Assembly (NCBI GenBank): GCA_963718235.1
Contig: CAVQYR010000002.1
Span: 768,001-832,000 of the forward strand
Origin: an uncultured Actinomycetota bacterium
Lineage (GTDB): Bacteria > Actinomycetota > Actinomycetes > JAHEKZ01
Reading direction: 5' to 3'
Length of the DNA stretch: 64,000 nt
Shown here: positions 1-9,853 of the stretch, one piece after another
Numbering within the stretch: the stretch's first letter is position 1
How the letters are laid out: every line of letters begins with the position of its first letter
Notes under the pieces: generated by a model
Told to the model about the DNA's origin: nothing
Seen by the model: only the letters and a program-made list of their open reading frames with translations
Databases searched by the model: none
Program-made: the position numbers and the translations under genes

Positions 1-2
1 TC

Positions 3-590
3 GCCCAGGTACGACAGACCCTGACCCTCCCCGTCTTCGTGAAGCCGTCGCGCGCCGGGTCGAGTGTCGGCATCACCAAGGTCAAGGACTGGGCAGACCT
101 CGTGCCGGCCATCGAGGGGGCCCGCGCGCACGACCCCAAGGTTGTCGTCGAGCAGGGCGTCGCCGGGCGCGAGATCGAGTGCGGCGTGCTCGAGCGTGAG
201 GACGGCTCCGGCCCCGAGGCCAGCGTCTGTGCGGAGATCGTCGTCCACGGCGGACACGAGTTCTACGACTTCGAGGCGAAGTACGTGGCCCAGTCGGCCG
301 ACGACGCCACCGAGCTCGATGTGCCGGCCGATCTCGATCCACAGGTCAGTGACCGCGTCCGCGACATGGCGTGCCGTGCCTTCGATGCCCTGGGTTGTGA
401 GGACTACGCCCGGGTCGACTTCTTCGTGGCTGACGACGGGCGGATCGTGGTCAACGAGGTCAACACCATCCCCGGGTTCACACCGATCTCGATGTTCCCG
501 CGGATGTGGGCGGAGTCCGGGCTCGACTATCCCGCGCTCGTCGACCGCTTGATCAGCCTGGCCCTGCGCAAGCGCAGTGGCCTGCGCTAA
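3..590 (+). CDS. ddl: D-alanine--D-alanine ligase, C-terminal part (5' end outside window)
   Basis: PVFVKPSRAGSSVG, GREIECGVL, FYDFEAKY, ARVDFF and NEVNTIPGFT motifs; frame open from base 3. Confidence 0.95.
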   Translation, partial: AQVRQTLTLPVFVKPSRAGSSVGITKVKDWADLVPAIEGARAHDPKVVVEQGVAGREIECGVLEREDGSGPEASVCAEIVVHGGHEFYDFEAKYVAQSADDATELDVPADLDPQVSDRVRDMACRAFDALGCEDYARVDFFVADDGRIVVNEVNTIPGFTPISMFPRMWAESGLDYPALVDRLISLALRKRSGLR

Positions 591-595
591 GTCCC

Positions 596-1024
596 TCAGT
601 CGGTGAGCAGAGGCAGCGTGCTCTTGACCACGTCGCTGAGCTCGACCAGGGGGCCCGCTTCGGGTGCGTAGTCCGCGGGAACCGCGACCTCCACGTTGGC
701 GATCCGACCGACGGTGGTGAACAGGTAGCCGTTGCTCAGCGGTTCGGGGAACCAGTCGACACCGTTCACCGACACCAGCTGCGAGGTCGGTTCGAGCGCG
801 TCGGGACGGGCCACCCCGCACCTCAGCACGATCGGTGGGTTCCCGTAGGCGGCGACCAGGGGGCTGTCCGGGTGGGTCTCGCGCACGATCTGGTCGACCA
901 GGGTCGAGGGGAGCTCGTCGGCAAAGTCGTCGCAGGCGGCCGCGGCGGCCCGGCTCGGCGGGGACGGCGTGGCCACCGTGACGTGCGCCGTGGAGCAGCC
1001 TGCGACGACCAGGAGCCCGGCCAC
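596..1024 (-). CDS. DUF3515 family lipoprotein (start may lie up to 1069)
   Basis: Lipobox VVAGC; LRCGVARP and VNGVDW motifs; usual position between ddl and Lrp/thiL. Confidence 0.8.
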   Translation of the reverse strand: MAGLLVVAGCSTAHVTVATPSPPSRAAAAACDDFADELPSTLVDQIVRETHPDSPLVAAYGNPPIVLRCGVARPDALEPTSQLVSVNGVDWFPEPLSNGYLFTTVGRIANVEVAVPADYAPEAGPLVELSDVVKSTLPLLTD

Positions 1025-1065
1025 GCCGACGACGCCGCGGACCGCCCGCTGCCGGAGCCCGGTGC

Positions 1066-1299
1066 TCAGAGGTGGATGACCGGGCAGGTCAACGTACGGG
1101 TGATCCCGGGAACGGCCTGCACCGACGCGACGACGAAGCGGCCGAGCTCGTCGTCGCTGCTGGCCTCGGCCCGCACGATCACGTCGTACGCACCGATGAG
1201 GTTCTCGGCGAGGGTGACCCCCGGTACGGCGGCGATCTGGCTCGCCACCTCGGCGGCGCGCCCCACCTCGGTCTGGATCAGGATGTAGGCCGTGACCAT
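1066..1299 (-). CDS. Stand-alone Lrp/AsnC ligand-binding (RAM) domain protein, 77 aa
   Basis: MVTAYILIQTEVG...GAYDVIV...GITRTLTCPV; ATG at 1299, i.e. the C-terminal end of track ORF 1066..2226. Confidence 0.9.
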   Translation of the reverse strand: MVTAYILIQTEVGRAAEVASQIAAVPGVTLAENLIGAYDVIVRAEASSDDELGRFVVASVQAVPGITRTLTCPVIHL

Positions 1300-1410
1300 C
1301 GCAGCCGTCCTCTCCGTCACCGGTCGGCGGGACCGCCGACTCTGGAACGCTGACGCTACCCCGCCGACAGGTCTCCCGTCGCGGGGGTGGGCGGGACGAA
1401 GGAGCTGACC

Positions 1411-2373
1411 GTGGCCGACGACAAGGACGACCTCGCGTGCACGGGGGAGTTCGCCCTCATCGCCGCGCTGGGGCGACGACTGCCCCAGGGCGAGGGGGTG
1501 CTGCTCGGCCCCGGGGACGACGCGGCCGTGGTGGCCGTGCCGGACGGCCGGGTCGTGGCCACGGTCGACGTGCTCGTCGAGGGGGTGCACTTCCGGACCG
1601 ACTGGGCCGCTCCCGAGGCGATCGGGCGTCGGGCCGCCGCGGCCAGCCTGGCCGACGTCGCGGCGATGGGCGCGCGGCCGACTGCCCTCCTCGTCGGACT
1701 TGCGGCGCCGAGGACGACCCCGACCGCTTGGGCGCTGCGGCTCGGTGACGGGCTGCGCGACGAGGCGGCACTCGTGGGAGCCAGTGTCGTGGGCGGCGAC
1801 GTCACGTCCGCAGACCAGATCGTCGTCTCGGTGACGGCACTGGGCGACCTGGACGGCCGAGCACCGGTGACCCGAGGGGGAGCACGGCCCGGTGATGCCG
1901 TGGCTGTCTGCGGCCGACTCGGCTGGGCAGCGGCCGGACTGGCGGTGCTGCGTCGGGGCTTCGGCTCGCCGCGGTCCCTGGTCGAGGCCTACCGCCGGCC
2001 CGAGCCGCCCTACGCGGCGGGGGTCGCCGCGGCCCGGGCCGGCGCGACGTCCCTGTGCGACGTGAGTGACGGCCTGGTGGCCGACCTGGGCCACGTCGCG
2101 GACGCCAGTGGGGTGGAGGTCGACCTGGACCGCTCGGCGCTCCCGGTGGGAGAGCCACTGGTGGCGGTGGCCGCGGCGTACGGGGTCGACCCGCTCGAGT
2201 GGGTGCTGACCGGGGGCGACGACCACGCGCTGGTCGCGACGTTCCCGGCGGGCGTGGTGCGGCCGCAGGGTTTCGTCGTCGTGGGGGTCGTGCGTGCGGC
2301 GGACCAGCCGCAGGTGCTCGTGGACGGTCGGACTTGGTCAGGTCCGGGCGGTCACACCCACTTCAAGGGCTGA
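1411..2373 (+). CDS. thiL: Thiamine-monophosphate kinase
   Basis: GEFALI, GPGDDAA, GVHFRTDW, DVAAMGA, DVSDGL and GGDDH motifs; AAGGAG before GTG 1411. Confidence 0.95.
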   Translation: MADDKDDLACTGEFALIAALGRRLPQGEGVLLGPGDDAAVVAVPDGRVVATVDVLVEGVHFRTDWAAPEAIGRRAAAASLADVAAMGARPTALLVGLAAPRTTPTAWALRLGDGLRDEAALVGASVVGGDVTSADQIVVSVTALGDLDGRAPVTRGGARPGDAVAVCGRLGWAAAGLAVLRRGFGSPRSLVEAYRRPEPPYAAGVAAARAGATSLCDVSDGLVADLGHVADASGVEVDLDRSALPVGEPLVAVAAAYGVDPLEWVLTGGDDHALVATFPAGVVRPQGFVVVGVVRAADQPQVLVDGRTWSGPGGHTHFKG

Positions 2374-2378
2374 CCAGG

Positions 2379-2444
2379 CGTCAGCGGGCGACGTGCTGAC
2401 GGGACGTCAGCGGGCGACGTGCTGACGGGACGTCAGCGGGCGAC
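2379..2444. repeat. 2.5 tandem copies of a 26-bp self-complementary unit overlapping the rpmB stop
   Basis: CGTCAGCGGGCGACGTGCTGACGGGA at 2379 and 2405, partial at 2431; each unit contains CGTCAGC/GCTGACG. Confidence 0.9.
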
Positions 2445-2618
2445 CTTGCCCGCTTTGATGCAGGAGGTGCACACGTGCAGCTTCTTCGAGGTACCGCCGA
2501 CGGTGGTGCGCACGGTCTGGATGTTCGGGTTCCAGCGGCGCGGGGTCCGACGGTGGGAGTGGGAGATGCTGTTGCCGAAGCCAGGGCCCTTGCCACAGAC
2601 GTCGCAGTTGGCGGCCAC
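2433..2618 (-). CDS. rpmB: 50S ribosomal protein L28 (Cys-containing form)
   Basis: [30 protein letters not shown]. Confidence 0.97.
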   Translation of the reverse strand: MAANCDVCGKGPGFGNSISHSHRRTPRRWNPNIQTVRTTVGGTSKKLHVCTSCIKAGKVAR

Positions 2619-2819
2619 GTCGGATCACTCCTTGGAAAGCATGCGTGAGAACACGGGTCGAACGAACACGAGAAGTCTGAGTCGTCAGACGGCCCGGACC
2701 GGCCGGACAACCGTGCCAGCCTACCCGACCGCCAGGTTGGGGCCCAAAACGCTCCCCTGACTAGGCTTCGGTTCGCGTCTGACGAGGGTCGGCGGCACCT
2801 GCGCCGAGGAGGGAGCCGG

Positions 2820-4466
2820 GTGGCACAGTCCGTGCACGCGTCGCTGGACGCCGCAGCCGTCCGGGCCTGGTGCCGGGTCGGGGTCGACCAGCTGGCCCGG
2901 GCGAGGGCCGAGATCGACGCGCTCAACGTGTTCCCCGTGCCCGACGGTGACACCGGGACGAACCTCTTCCTGACCATGGAGGCGGCCAGCGAGGCGGTCG
3001 AGACACCCGAGGGCGCCCCCCGGCACGACGAGGACCTCTCGCTCACCGTGCACGCCATGGCCCAGGGCGCGCTCCTCGGCGCTCGGGGCAACTCCGGGGT
3101 GATCGTGTCCCAGCTGCTGCGCGGCGTGGCCGAGACCCTGGGTGCTGCGGCCCCGGCGGCCTCCCCGACCGTGCTGCGTGCGGCCCTGAGGAGGGCCGCC
3201 GACCTCGCCTACGCGGCCGTCGCCCAACCGGTCGAGGGGACCGTGCTCACGGTGGCCCGGGCTGCGGCCGACGCCGCGTTGGCCGAGACGCGGGACAGCC
3301 TGGCTGAGGTGGTCACGGCTGCGGTCGCTGGCGCCCGCGAGGCGCTGGAACGCACACCCTCACAGCTGGAGGTGCTGCGGCGAGCGGGCGTCGTCGACGC
3401 CGGGGGTCGCGGGCTGGTCGTGCTGCTGGACGCCCTGGCGAGCGTGATCACCGGACTGCCGCCGGAGCGGATCGCCGAAGAGGCGGTGCGGCGCGAGCCG
3501 ACGGGGCTCGACGCCGCCGGCACCGTTGGCGACGGGCCTGACTTCGAGGTGATGTTCCTGCTGGACGCCCAGGCGCACGACGTCGACCGCTTGCGCGAGC
3601 GGCTGGGCGGGCTCGGTGACTCGCTCGTCGTCGTCGGTGGAGACGAGCTGTGGAACGTGCACGTGCATGTCGACGACGCAGGGGCCGCGGTCGAGGCCGC
3701 GGTCGAGGCGGGTCGTCCGCACCGGATCCGGATCACCCACCTGCGCACCGGCGAGGGGGATCCGCGGGCAGGCAGGGTTGCTGGGGGCGCCGGCGCCAGG
3801 ACCGGTGGCCGGTGCGTGGTGGCCGTGGTCCCGGGTCCGGGCCTGGCGGCGCTGTTCGAGTCGGTGGGGGCGCACCCGGTTCTGGGTGGCCCCGGGCGAC
3901 GGCCGTCGACCGCTGCCCTGCTGGAGGCGATGAGGGCCTGTGGGGCCAACGACATCGTGGTCCTGCCCAACGACGCCGACTCGCGCTCGGTGGCGGAGGC
4001 CGCGGCCGAGCGGGCGAGGGACGACGGCCTGCGGGTCTCGGTGATCCCGACCCGGGACCCGGTGCAGGGGCTGGCCGCGGTCGCCGTCCAGGACAGCAGC
4101 CGGCGGTTCGACGACGACGTGGTGGGGATGACCGCGGCCGCCCGGGCGACCCGGCACGGAGCCGTCAGCGTGGCGGCGAGGGAGGCGATCACCAGCGCCG
4201 GTGTCTGCCGTCCGGGCCAGGCGCTGGGGCTGATCGAGGGGGACGTCGTCGTCCTCGGCGACACCCTCGGTGAGGTGGCCGAGGTCGTGGTCGACCGGAT
4301 GCTGGCCGGCGCGGGTGAGCTGGTCACGCTGGTCACCGGGGCGGAAGTGCCCGGTGACCTGGCCGACGCCCTGGTGGCGCACCTGCACCACGAGCGGCCC
4401 GACGTCGAGGTGATGGTGTACGCCGGGGGTCAGGCCCTGTACCCGCTGCTGATCGGGGTCGAGTGA
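2820..4466 (+). CDS. DAK2 domain protein (FakA/YloV-like)
   Basis: LNVFPVPDGDTGTN, GARGNSG, VDAGG and VHVH motifs; conserved rpmB-DAK2-recG order. Confidence 0.92.
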   Translation: MAQSVHASLDAAAVRAWCRVGVDQLARARAEIDALNVFPVPDGDTGTNLFLTMEAASEAVETPEGAPRHDEDLSLTVHAMAQGALLGARGNSGVIVSQLLRGVAETLGAAAPAASPTVLRAALRRAADLAYAAVAQPVEGTVLTVARAAADAALAETRDSLAEVVTAAVAGAREALERTPSQLEVLRRAGVVDAGGRGLVVLLDALASVITGLPPERIAEEAVRREPTGLDAAGTVGDGPDFEVMFLLDAQAHDVDRLRERLGGLGDSLVVVGGDELWNVHVHVDDAGAAVEAAVEAGRPHRIRITHLRTGEGDPRAGRVAGGAGARTGGRCVVAVVPGPGLAALFESVGAHPVLGGPGRRPSTAALLEAMRACGANDIVVLPNDADSRSVAEAAAERARDDGLRVSVIPTRDPVQGLAAVAVQDSSRRFDDDVVGMTAAARATRHGAVSVAAREAITSAGVCRPGQALGLIEGDVVVLGDTLGEVAEVVVDRMLAGAGELVTLVTGAEVPGDLADALVAHLHHERPDVEVMVYAGGQALYPLLIGVE

Positions 4467-6673
4467 GCGCGTCCGGCCCCGCGCTGATGGACCAGCCGTT
4501 GCGCACGATCCTGTCGGCCGACGGGGTGAAGAAGCTCGCGGCCAAGCTCGACCTGCACAGCGTGGGCGACCTGCTGCAGCACTACCCGCGCCGGTACGCC
4601 ACGCGCGGTGAGCTCACCGACCTGAGCGGACTCGTGGAGGGCGAGGACGTCACCGTTGTCGGGCAGGTCTCCTCGGTGCGCACGCGCCGGATGAAGCAGC
4701 GCAGGGGAACCATCGTCGAGGTCCAGATCAGTGAGGGCCCAGCACGCCTTTCCCTGACCTTCTTCAACCAGGCGTGGCGGGAGAAGCAGCTGGCGGTGGG
4801 TACCCGGGGTCTGTTCGCGGGAACGGTCAGCCGGTTCAACCGCACCTTGCAGCTCACGCATCCTGAGTTCATCCCACTCGACGACCTGGACGACGACGCC
4901 AGCGGCTCGATCGAGGCCAAGGCACACCGGCTCATCCCGGTGTACCCGTCGGCGGCGGGCCTGGAGACCTGGAAGATCGGCAAGGCCGTGCAGACCGCGC
5001 TCGCCGGCGTCGACGGCCTCGGTGACCCGCTGCCCGAGGAGATCCGGGCCCGGCACGGCCTGGTCGACCTCGCGTCGGCCTACCGGCTCGTGCACCGCCC
5101 TTCGTCGATGGACGACGTCGAGGCCGCCCGCGCCCGGCTGACCTTCGACGAGGCGTTCGTGCTCCAGGTGGTCCTGGCCCAGCGGCGGCACGCCATCGGT
5201 CAGCTGCCCGCGACTGCGAGGGTGGCTCGCGCGGGCGGGCTGCTCGATGCGTTCGACGCGACGATGCCGTTCACCCTGACCGCCGGACAGCACGAGGTCG
5301 GGGCCGACATCACCCAAGACCTCGCTGCCGAGCACCCGATGCACCGGCTCCTGCAGGGTGAGGTGGGATCGGGCAAGACCCTGGTGGCCATCCGGGCGAT
5401 GCTCACCGTCGTCGACGCAGGGGGCCAGTCAGCGCTGCTCGCCCCGACCGAGGTCCTGGCCCAGCAGCACTTCCGCTCGATCACCGAGCTGCTGGGGCCG
5501 CTGGCCCAACGTGGCCGGCTCGGCGGCGATGACCAGGGCACGACCGTGGCCCTGCTGACCGGCTCCCAGAGCAGCGCTGCCCGCCGCCAGGCGCTGCTCG
5601 ACACGGCTTCGGGTGACGCCGGGATCGTCGTGGGCACCCACGCCCTGCTCCAGGAGCACGTGGACTTCTTCGACCTCGGGCTCGTCGTGGTCGACGAGCA
5701 GCACCGGTTCGGCGTCGAGCAGCGCGACGCGTTGCGGGCCAAGGCCGAGCGGCCTCCTCACGTGCTGGTGATGACGGCGACCCCGATCCCGCGGACGGTC
5801 GCGATGACCGTGTTCGGCGACCTCGAGGTCTCCACGCTCACCGAGCTGCCGTCCGGACGCTCACCCATCGCGACCCACGTCGTCCCCACCGCGGACAAGC
5901 CGCACTACCTGACCCGCACCTGGGAACGCCTGCGCGAGGAGGTCGAGGCCGGGCACCAGGCGTACGTCGTCGCTCCGCGGATCGGCGACACCGACCCGGC
6001 CCGTGACCGCGAGGACGACGCCTCGCAGCTGGAGGGCGAACCGGGGGCCCCGGACCGCCGACCGCCGACCGCTGTGCTCGACCTCGTCGCCGAGCTCACC
6101 GCGGGCCCGTTGTCCGGACTGAGGGTGGGCATGCTGCACGGCCGGATGCCGTCGGACGACAAGGACGAGACCATGCAGGCGTTCACCCAGGGGCGGCTCG
6201 ACGTGCTGGTCGCCACGACGGTGATCGAGGTCGGGGTCGACGTCCCCAACGCCACCGTGATGGTCATCGCCGATGCTGACCGGTTCGGCGTCTCCCAGCT
6301 GCACCAGCTGCGCGGCCGGGTCGGACGCGGCCGCGCGCCCGGACTGTGCCTGCTCGTGACCGAGGCGCCGCCGGGCACGCCGGCGCGGGAGCGGCTGGAC
6401 GCGGTCGCGGCCACGACCGACGGATTCGTGCTGTCCCAGCTGGACCTGCAGCAGCGGCGTGAGGGCGACGTGCTCGGGACGTCCCAGGCCGGTCGTCGGT
6501 CGAGCCTGCGCCTGCTGCGCGTCCTGCGGGACGAGGCGGTGATCACCCAGGCCCGCGCTGACGCCGTCGCCGTGGTCGAGAGCGACCCGGAGCTGGAGTC
6601 GCACCCGGCGCTGGCGCAGGCCGTGCGTCGGGTGTCGGCGTCCGACGGCGCCGACTACCTGGACAAGGCATGA
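4463..6673 (+). CDS. recG: ATP-dependent DNA helicase RecG
   Basis: QGEVGSGKT, DEQHRFG, MTATPIPRT, QLRGRVGRG. Confidence 0.97.
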   Translation: MSASGPALMDQPLRTILSADGVKKLAAKLDLHSVGDLLQHYPRRYATRGELTDLSGLVEGEDVTVVGQVSSVRTRRMKQRRGTIVEVQISEGPARLSLTFFNQAWREKQLAVGTRGLFAGTVSRFNRTLQLTHPEFIPLDDLDDDASGSIEAKAHRLIPVYPSAAGLETWKIGKAVQTALAGVDGLGDPLPEEIRARHGLVDLASAYRLVHRPSSMDDVEAARARLTFDEAFVLQVVLAQRRHAIGQLPATARVARAGGLLDAFDATMPFTLTAGQHEVGADITQDLAAEHPMHRLLQGEVGSGKTLVAIRAMLTVVDAGGQSALLAPTEVLAQQHFRSITELLGPLAQRGRLGGDDQGTTVALLTGSQSSAARRQALLDTASGDAGIVVGTHALLQEHVDFFDLGLVVVDEQHRFGVEQRDALRAKAERPPHVLVMTATPIPRTVAMTVFGDLEVSTLTELPSGRSPIATHVVPTADKPHYLTRTWERLREEVEAGHQAYVVAPRIGDTDPARDREDDASQLEGEPGAPDRRPPTAVLDLVAELTAGPLSGLRVGMLHGRMPSDDKDETMQAFTQGRLDVLVATTVIEVGVDVPNATVMVIADADRFGVSQLHQLRGRVGRGRAPGLCLLVTEAPPGTPARERLDAVAATTDGFVLSQLDLQQRREGDVLGTSQAGRRSSLRLLRVLRDEAVITQARADAVAVVESDPELESHPALAQAVRRVSASDGADYLDKA

Positions 6674-7236
6674 CCCGGATCGTCGCCGGGAGCGCGCGCG
6701 GTCGACGGCTCGTGGTTCCCGCGGGGCTTGCCACCCGCCCGACGTCGGCTCGGGCGCGGGAGGCGCTGTTCAGCTCGTTGGAGGCCGAGCTGGGCCACTG
6801 GTCGGGCAGGGGCTTCCTCGACCTGTACGCCGGGTCCGGTGCGGTCGGTCTGGAGGCGGCCTCGCGCGGCGCCGCTCCGGTCGTGCTCGTCGAGAGCGAG
6901 CGGCCGGCCTGGCACGCCGCCCGCGAGAACGTCGCGACCCTGGGGCTCACCGACGTCGCGCTGCACCGCACGACGGTCGAGGCCTTCCTCGCCGGCCCAC
7001 CCGGGGCGCCGTTCGACGTCGTCTACCTGGACCCGCCCTACGCGACCGACGACGACGAGGTCGCCGCAGCCCTCGAGGCGCTCGTCGACCGGTCCTGGCT
7101 CGGGCCGGATGCGGTGGTGGTGGTCGAGCGGGCCACCCGTGGGGCCGGTCCTCGGTGGCCCATTGGACTGCTGGCGACCCGCTCGCGTCGGTACGGCGAG
7201 GCCACGCTTTGGTACGGTCGCGCCGATGGCGCCTGA
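6670..7236 (+). CDS. rsmD: 16S rRNA m2G966 methyltransferase
   Basis: MTRIVAG..RPTS..REALF, DLYAGSGAVGLEA, DPPY, YGEA. Confidence 0.93.
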   Translation: MTRIVAGSARGRRLVVPAGLATRPTSARAREALFSSLEAELGHWSGRGFLDLYAGSGAVGLEAASRGAAPVVLVESERPAWHAARENVATLGLTDVALHRTTVEAFLAGPPGAPFDVVYLDPPYATDDDEVAAALEALVDRSWLGPDAVVVVERATRGAGPRWPIGLLATRSRRYGEATLWYGRADGA

Positions 7237-7261
7237 GGTCGGCGCTCGAGGGAGTGGGCGC

Positions 7262-7756
7262 ATGCTGTCGGTGGTGTGTCCTGGCTCGTTCGACCCGCTC
7301 ACGAACGGGCATCTCGACATCATCGAGCGGGCGAGCCGGCTGGCCGACACGGTGTACGTCGCCGTCCTGCACAACTCCAACAAGCGGGGCATGTTCGAGG
7401 TCGACGAGCGGATCGAGCTGATCAGGGGAGCCGCGCCGCACCTGGAGAACCTCGTCGTCGAGGGGTTCGAGGGACTGCTCGGCGACTACTGCGCGCAGCG
7501 CGGCATCGGGGCGATCGTCAAGGGGATCAGGGCGGTCAGCGACTTCGACTACGAGCTGCAGATGGCCCAGATGAACCACCGGCTGGCTGACGTCGACACC
7601 TTCTTCGTGGCCACCAACCCGGTGTACTCGTTCCTGTCGTCCAGCCTGCTCAAGGAGGTGGCGGCATACGGTGGTGACATCTCCGGCCTCGTCCCGGAGG
7701 GCGTCGACGCCGCACTGCGGCAGCGGCTGGCCGAACGGCCCCGCAACCAGAAGTGA
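7262..7756 (+). CDS. coaD: Pantetheine-phosphate adenylyltransferase
   Basis: PGSFDPLTNGH, KGIRAVSDFDYELQMA, SSSLLKEV; ATG 7262. Confidence 0.96.
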   Translation: MLSVVCPGSFDPLTNGHLDIIERASRLADTVYVAVLHNSNKRGMFEVDERIELIRGAAPHLENLVVEGFEGLLGDYCAQRGIGAIVKGIRAVSDFDYELQMAQMNHRLADVDTFFVATNPVYSFLSSSLLKEVAAYGGDISGLVPEGVDAALRQRLAERPRNQK

Positions 7757-7770
7757 GACCAGGAGGACCG

Positions 7771-8274
7771 GTGGACGTCAACGACAAGCTCGACGAGCTC
7801 GCGGCGATGGTGGCCGGTGCGCGGTCGATGCCGATGTCGTCGTCGTGCGTGCTGAACCGCGCGGAGGTGCTGGACCTCGTCGAGGAGATCCGCCACCGGC
7901 TGCCGGCGGACCTCTCACGGGCTGACGCCCTGCTCGGCGACGCCGACGGAGTGATTGCGGCTGCCCAAGGGCGGGCCGACGACATCGTGGCCGCGGCGCA
8001 GTCCGAGCGCATGCACCTGGTCTCCGAGACCGAGGTCCTGGCCCAGGCCGAGCGCGAGGCGGGTCGGATCATCGACACCGCCGAGCAGGAGGCGGCCTCC
8101 ATGCATCGGGAGATCGACGACTACATCGACGCCAAGCTCGCCAACTTCGAGATCGTCCTGGGCAAGACCATGGAGGCCGTCCGTCGCGGACGGGAGAAGA
8201 TCCAGGGCCGGCGCGCCGTCGAGGAGCTCGCCGACCTCGACCTGCCGGACCCGGACCAGCCCGAGACCCCCTGA
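7771..8274 (+). CDS. SepIVA/DivIVA-like coiled-coil protein
   Basis: ARSMPMSSSCVLNR, coiled coil and DDYIDAKLANFE; AGGAGG before GTG 7771; sits between coaD and DUF177. Confidence 0.8.
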   Translation: MDVNDKLDELAAMVAGARSMPMSSSCVLNRAEVLDLVEEIRHRLPADLSRADALLGDADGVIAAAQGRADDIVAAAQSERMHLVSETEVLAQAEREAGRIIDTAEQEAASMHREIDDYIDAKLANFEIVLGKTMEAVRRGREKIQGRRAVEELADLDLPDPDQPETP

Positions 8275-8392
8275 CCGGCGTCGGGGCCGGTGACGCGTCC
8301 CCGCCGGTTTGGGCGAAGCCTGCGCCCTCGGCTACCCTCACCGGGTTGGTCTCGTCCGGGACCTCCCTGTCAGCCTGCTGGTGAGGAAGACC

Positions 8393-8938
8393 GTGTCCCG
8401 CCTCGACCCGCGCGCGCCGCTGGTGCTCGACACCGCGACGTTGCCGCGAAGTCCAGGACAGATGCGCACCCTTTCGGCCACGGTGCCGGCGCCGGAGGAT
8501 CTCGGACTCGACGTCATCAGTGTTCCCCCCGGCAGCGACCTCCAGCTGGACCTTCGGCTGGAGTCGGTGATGGAGGGTGTGCTGGTGACCGGTACCGTCT
8601 CCGCTGCCGCCCACGGGGCGTGCGTGCGGTGCCTGGAACCGGTCGAGCAGCCGCTCGGGATCGAGGTCCAGCAGCTGTACGCCTACCCTGGGTCGGCGTC
8701 GGCTGACGACGACGAGACCCCGCAGCTCGAGGACGACCTCGTCGACCTCGAACCGGTGCTGCGCGACGCCGTCGTGCTGGCGCTGCCGCTGCAACCGCTG
8801 TGCCGGGACGACTGCCCGGGTCTGTGCGCCACCTGTGGCGCTCGCCTGGCCGACGACCCGGAGCACCACCACGACCAGCTCGACCCCCGATGGGCCGCAC
8901 TGCTCCAGCTGCCCGAAGACTCCAAGGAAAGAGGCTGA
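8393..8938 (+). CDS. YceD/DUF177 family protein
   Basis: LESVMEGVLV, CVRCL, LCRDDCPGLC..CG, DPRW; directly upstream of rpmF. Confidence 0.92.
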   Translation: MSRLDPRAPLVLDTATLPRSPGQMRTLSATVPAPEDLGLDVISVPPGSDLQLDLRLESVMEGVLVTGTVSAAAHGACVRCLEPVEQPLGIEVQQLYAYPGSASADDDETPQLEDDLVDLEPVLRDAVVLALPLQPLCRDDCPGLCATCGARLADDPEHHHDQLDPRWAALLQLPEDSKERG

Positions 8939-8940
8939 CG

Positions 8941-9114
8941 ATGGCCGTCCCGAAGCGGAAGACCTCGCGCAGCAACACCCGCGCCCGGCGCTCGCAGTGG
9001 AAGGCCGCGCCGATCACGGTCGTCACCTGCGACCGGTGCCGCGAGCCGAAGCTGCCGCACGTGGCGTGCCCGACCTGCGGCACCTACGCCAAGCGCCAGG
9101 TCCTCGACGTCTGA
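8941..9114 (+). CDS. rpmF: 50S ribosomal protein L32
   Basis: [26 protein letters not shown]; GAAAGAGG upstream. Confidence 0.96.
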   Translation: MAVPKRKTSRSNTRARRSQWKAAPITVVTCDRCREPKLPHVACPTCGTYAKRQVLDV

Positions 9115-9124
9115 CGTCGGTCCG

Positions 9125-9853
9125 TTGAGTGCCGTGCCTGCCCCGGCGGCGTCGCCGTGGCCGAACCCGCCTTCGCAGCTGATGGCCCGGCTCGGGGTCG
9201 AGGTCGAGCCCGCCCTCGTCGAGCAGGCCCTGACCCATCGCTCGTACGCCTACGAGAACGGTGGGATCCCCACCAACGAGCGGCTGGAGTTCCTCGGCGA
9301 CTCCGTGCTCGGGGTGGTCGTCACCGACGCCCTCTACCGCGAGCACCCCGACCTGCCGGAGGGCCAGCTGGCCAAGCTGCGGGCCGCGGTGGTCAACATG
9401 CGTGCCCTCGCGGAGGTCGGTCGGGGACTCGAGCTGGGCTCCTACGTGAGGCTGGGCAAGGGCGAAGAGTCCACCGGGGGCCGGGACAAGGCGTCGATCC
9501 TCGCGGACACCCTGGAGGCCCTGATCGGGGCGGTCTACCTGTCCGGCGGCATCCCCCGGGCCGCGCAGTTCGTGCACCAGCAGTTCGACCCGGTCATGCA
9601 CGCGGCCGCGTCCCTCGGGGCCGGGCTCGACTGGAAGACCAGCCTGCAGGAGGTCACCGCGACCCTGGGCCTGGGCGTGCCCGAGTACCGGGTGACCGAC
9701 AGCGGCCCCGACCACGCCAAGTCGTTCACCGCGACGGTGGTCCTCGGCGGCCGCGACTTCGGCCGCGGGGAGGGCGGGTCGAAGAAGGAGGCCGAGCAGC
9801 AGGCGGCCGCCGTCACCTGGCGCCAGCTGCGCGACGCCCCGCCGGGTGCCTGA
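9125..9853 (+). CDS. rnc: Ribonuclease III
   Basis: [12 protein letters not shown] signature plus C-terminal dsRBD. Confidence 0.97.
   Translation: MSAVPAPAASPWPNPPSQLMARLGVEVEPALVEQALTHRSYAYENGGIPTNERLEFLGDSVLGVVVTDALYREHPDLPEGQLAKLRAAVVNMRALAEVGRGLELGSYVRLGKGEESTGGRDKASILADTLEALIGAVYLSGGIPRAAQFVHQQFDPVMHAAASLGAGLDWKTSLQEVTATLGLGVPEYRVTDSGPDHAKSFTATVVLGGRDFGRGEGGSKKEAEQQAAAVTWRQLRDAPPGA

Noticed and set aside
2379-2444. Palindromic repeat as a mini-CRISPR
   Set aside because: Units are contiguous with no spacers, overlap rpmB, and no cas genes are present
6728-7261. Long N-terminal extensions on track ORFs for coaD, NUDIX2, rlmN and gntR
   Set aside because: They overlap upstream genes out of frame; family homology begins at the later starts
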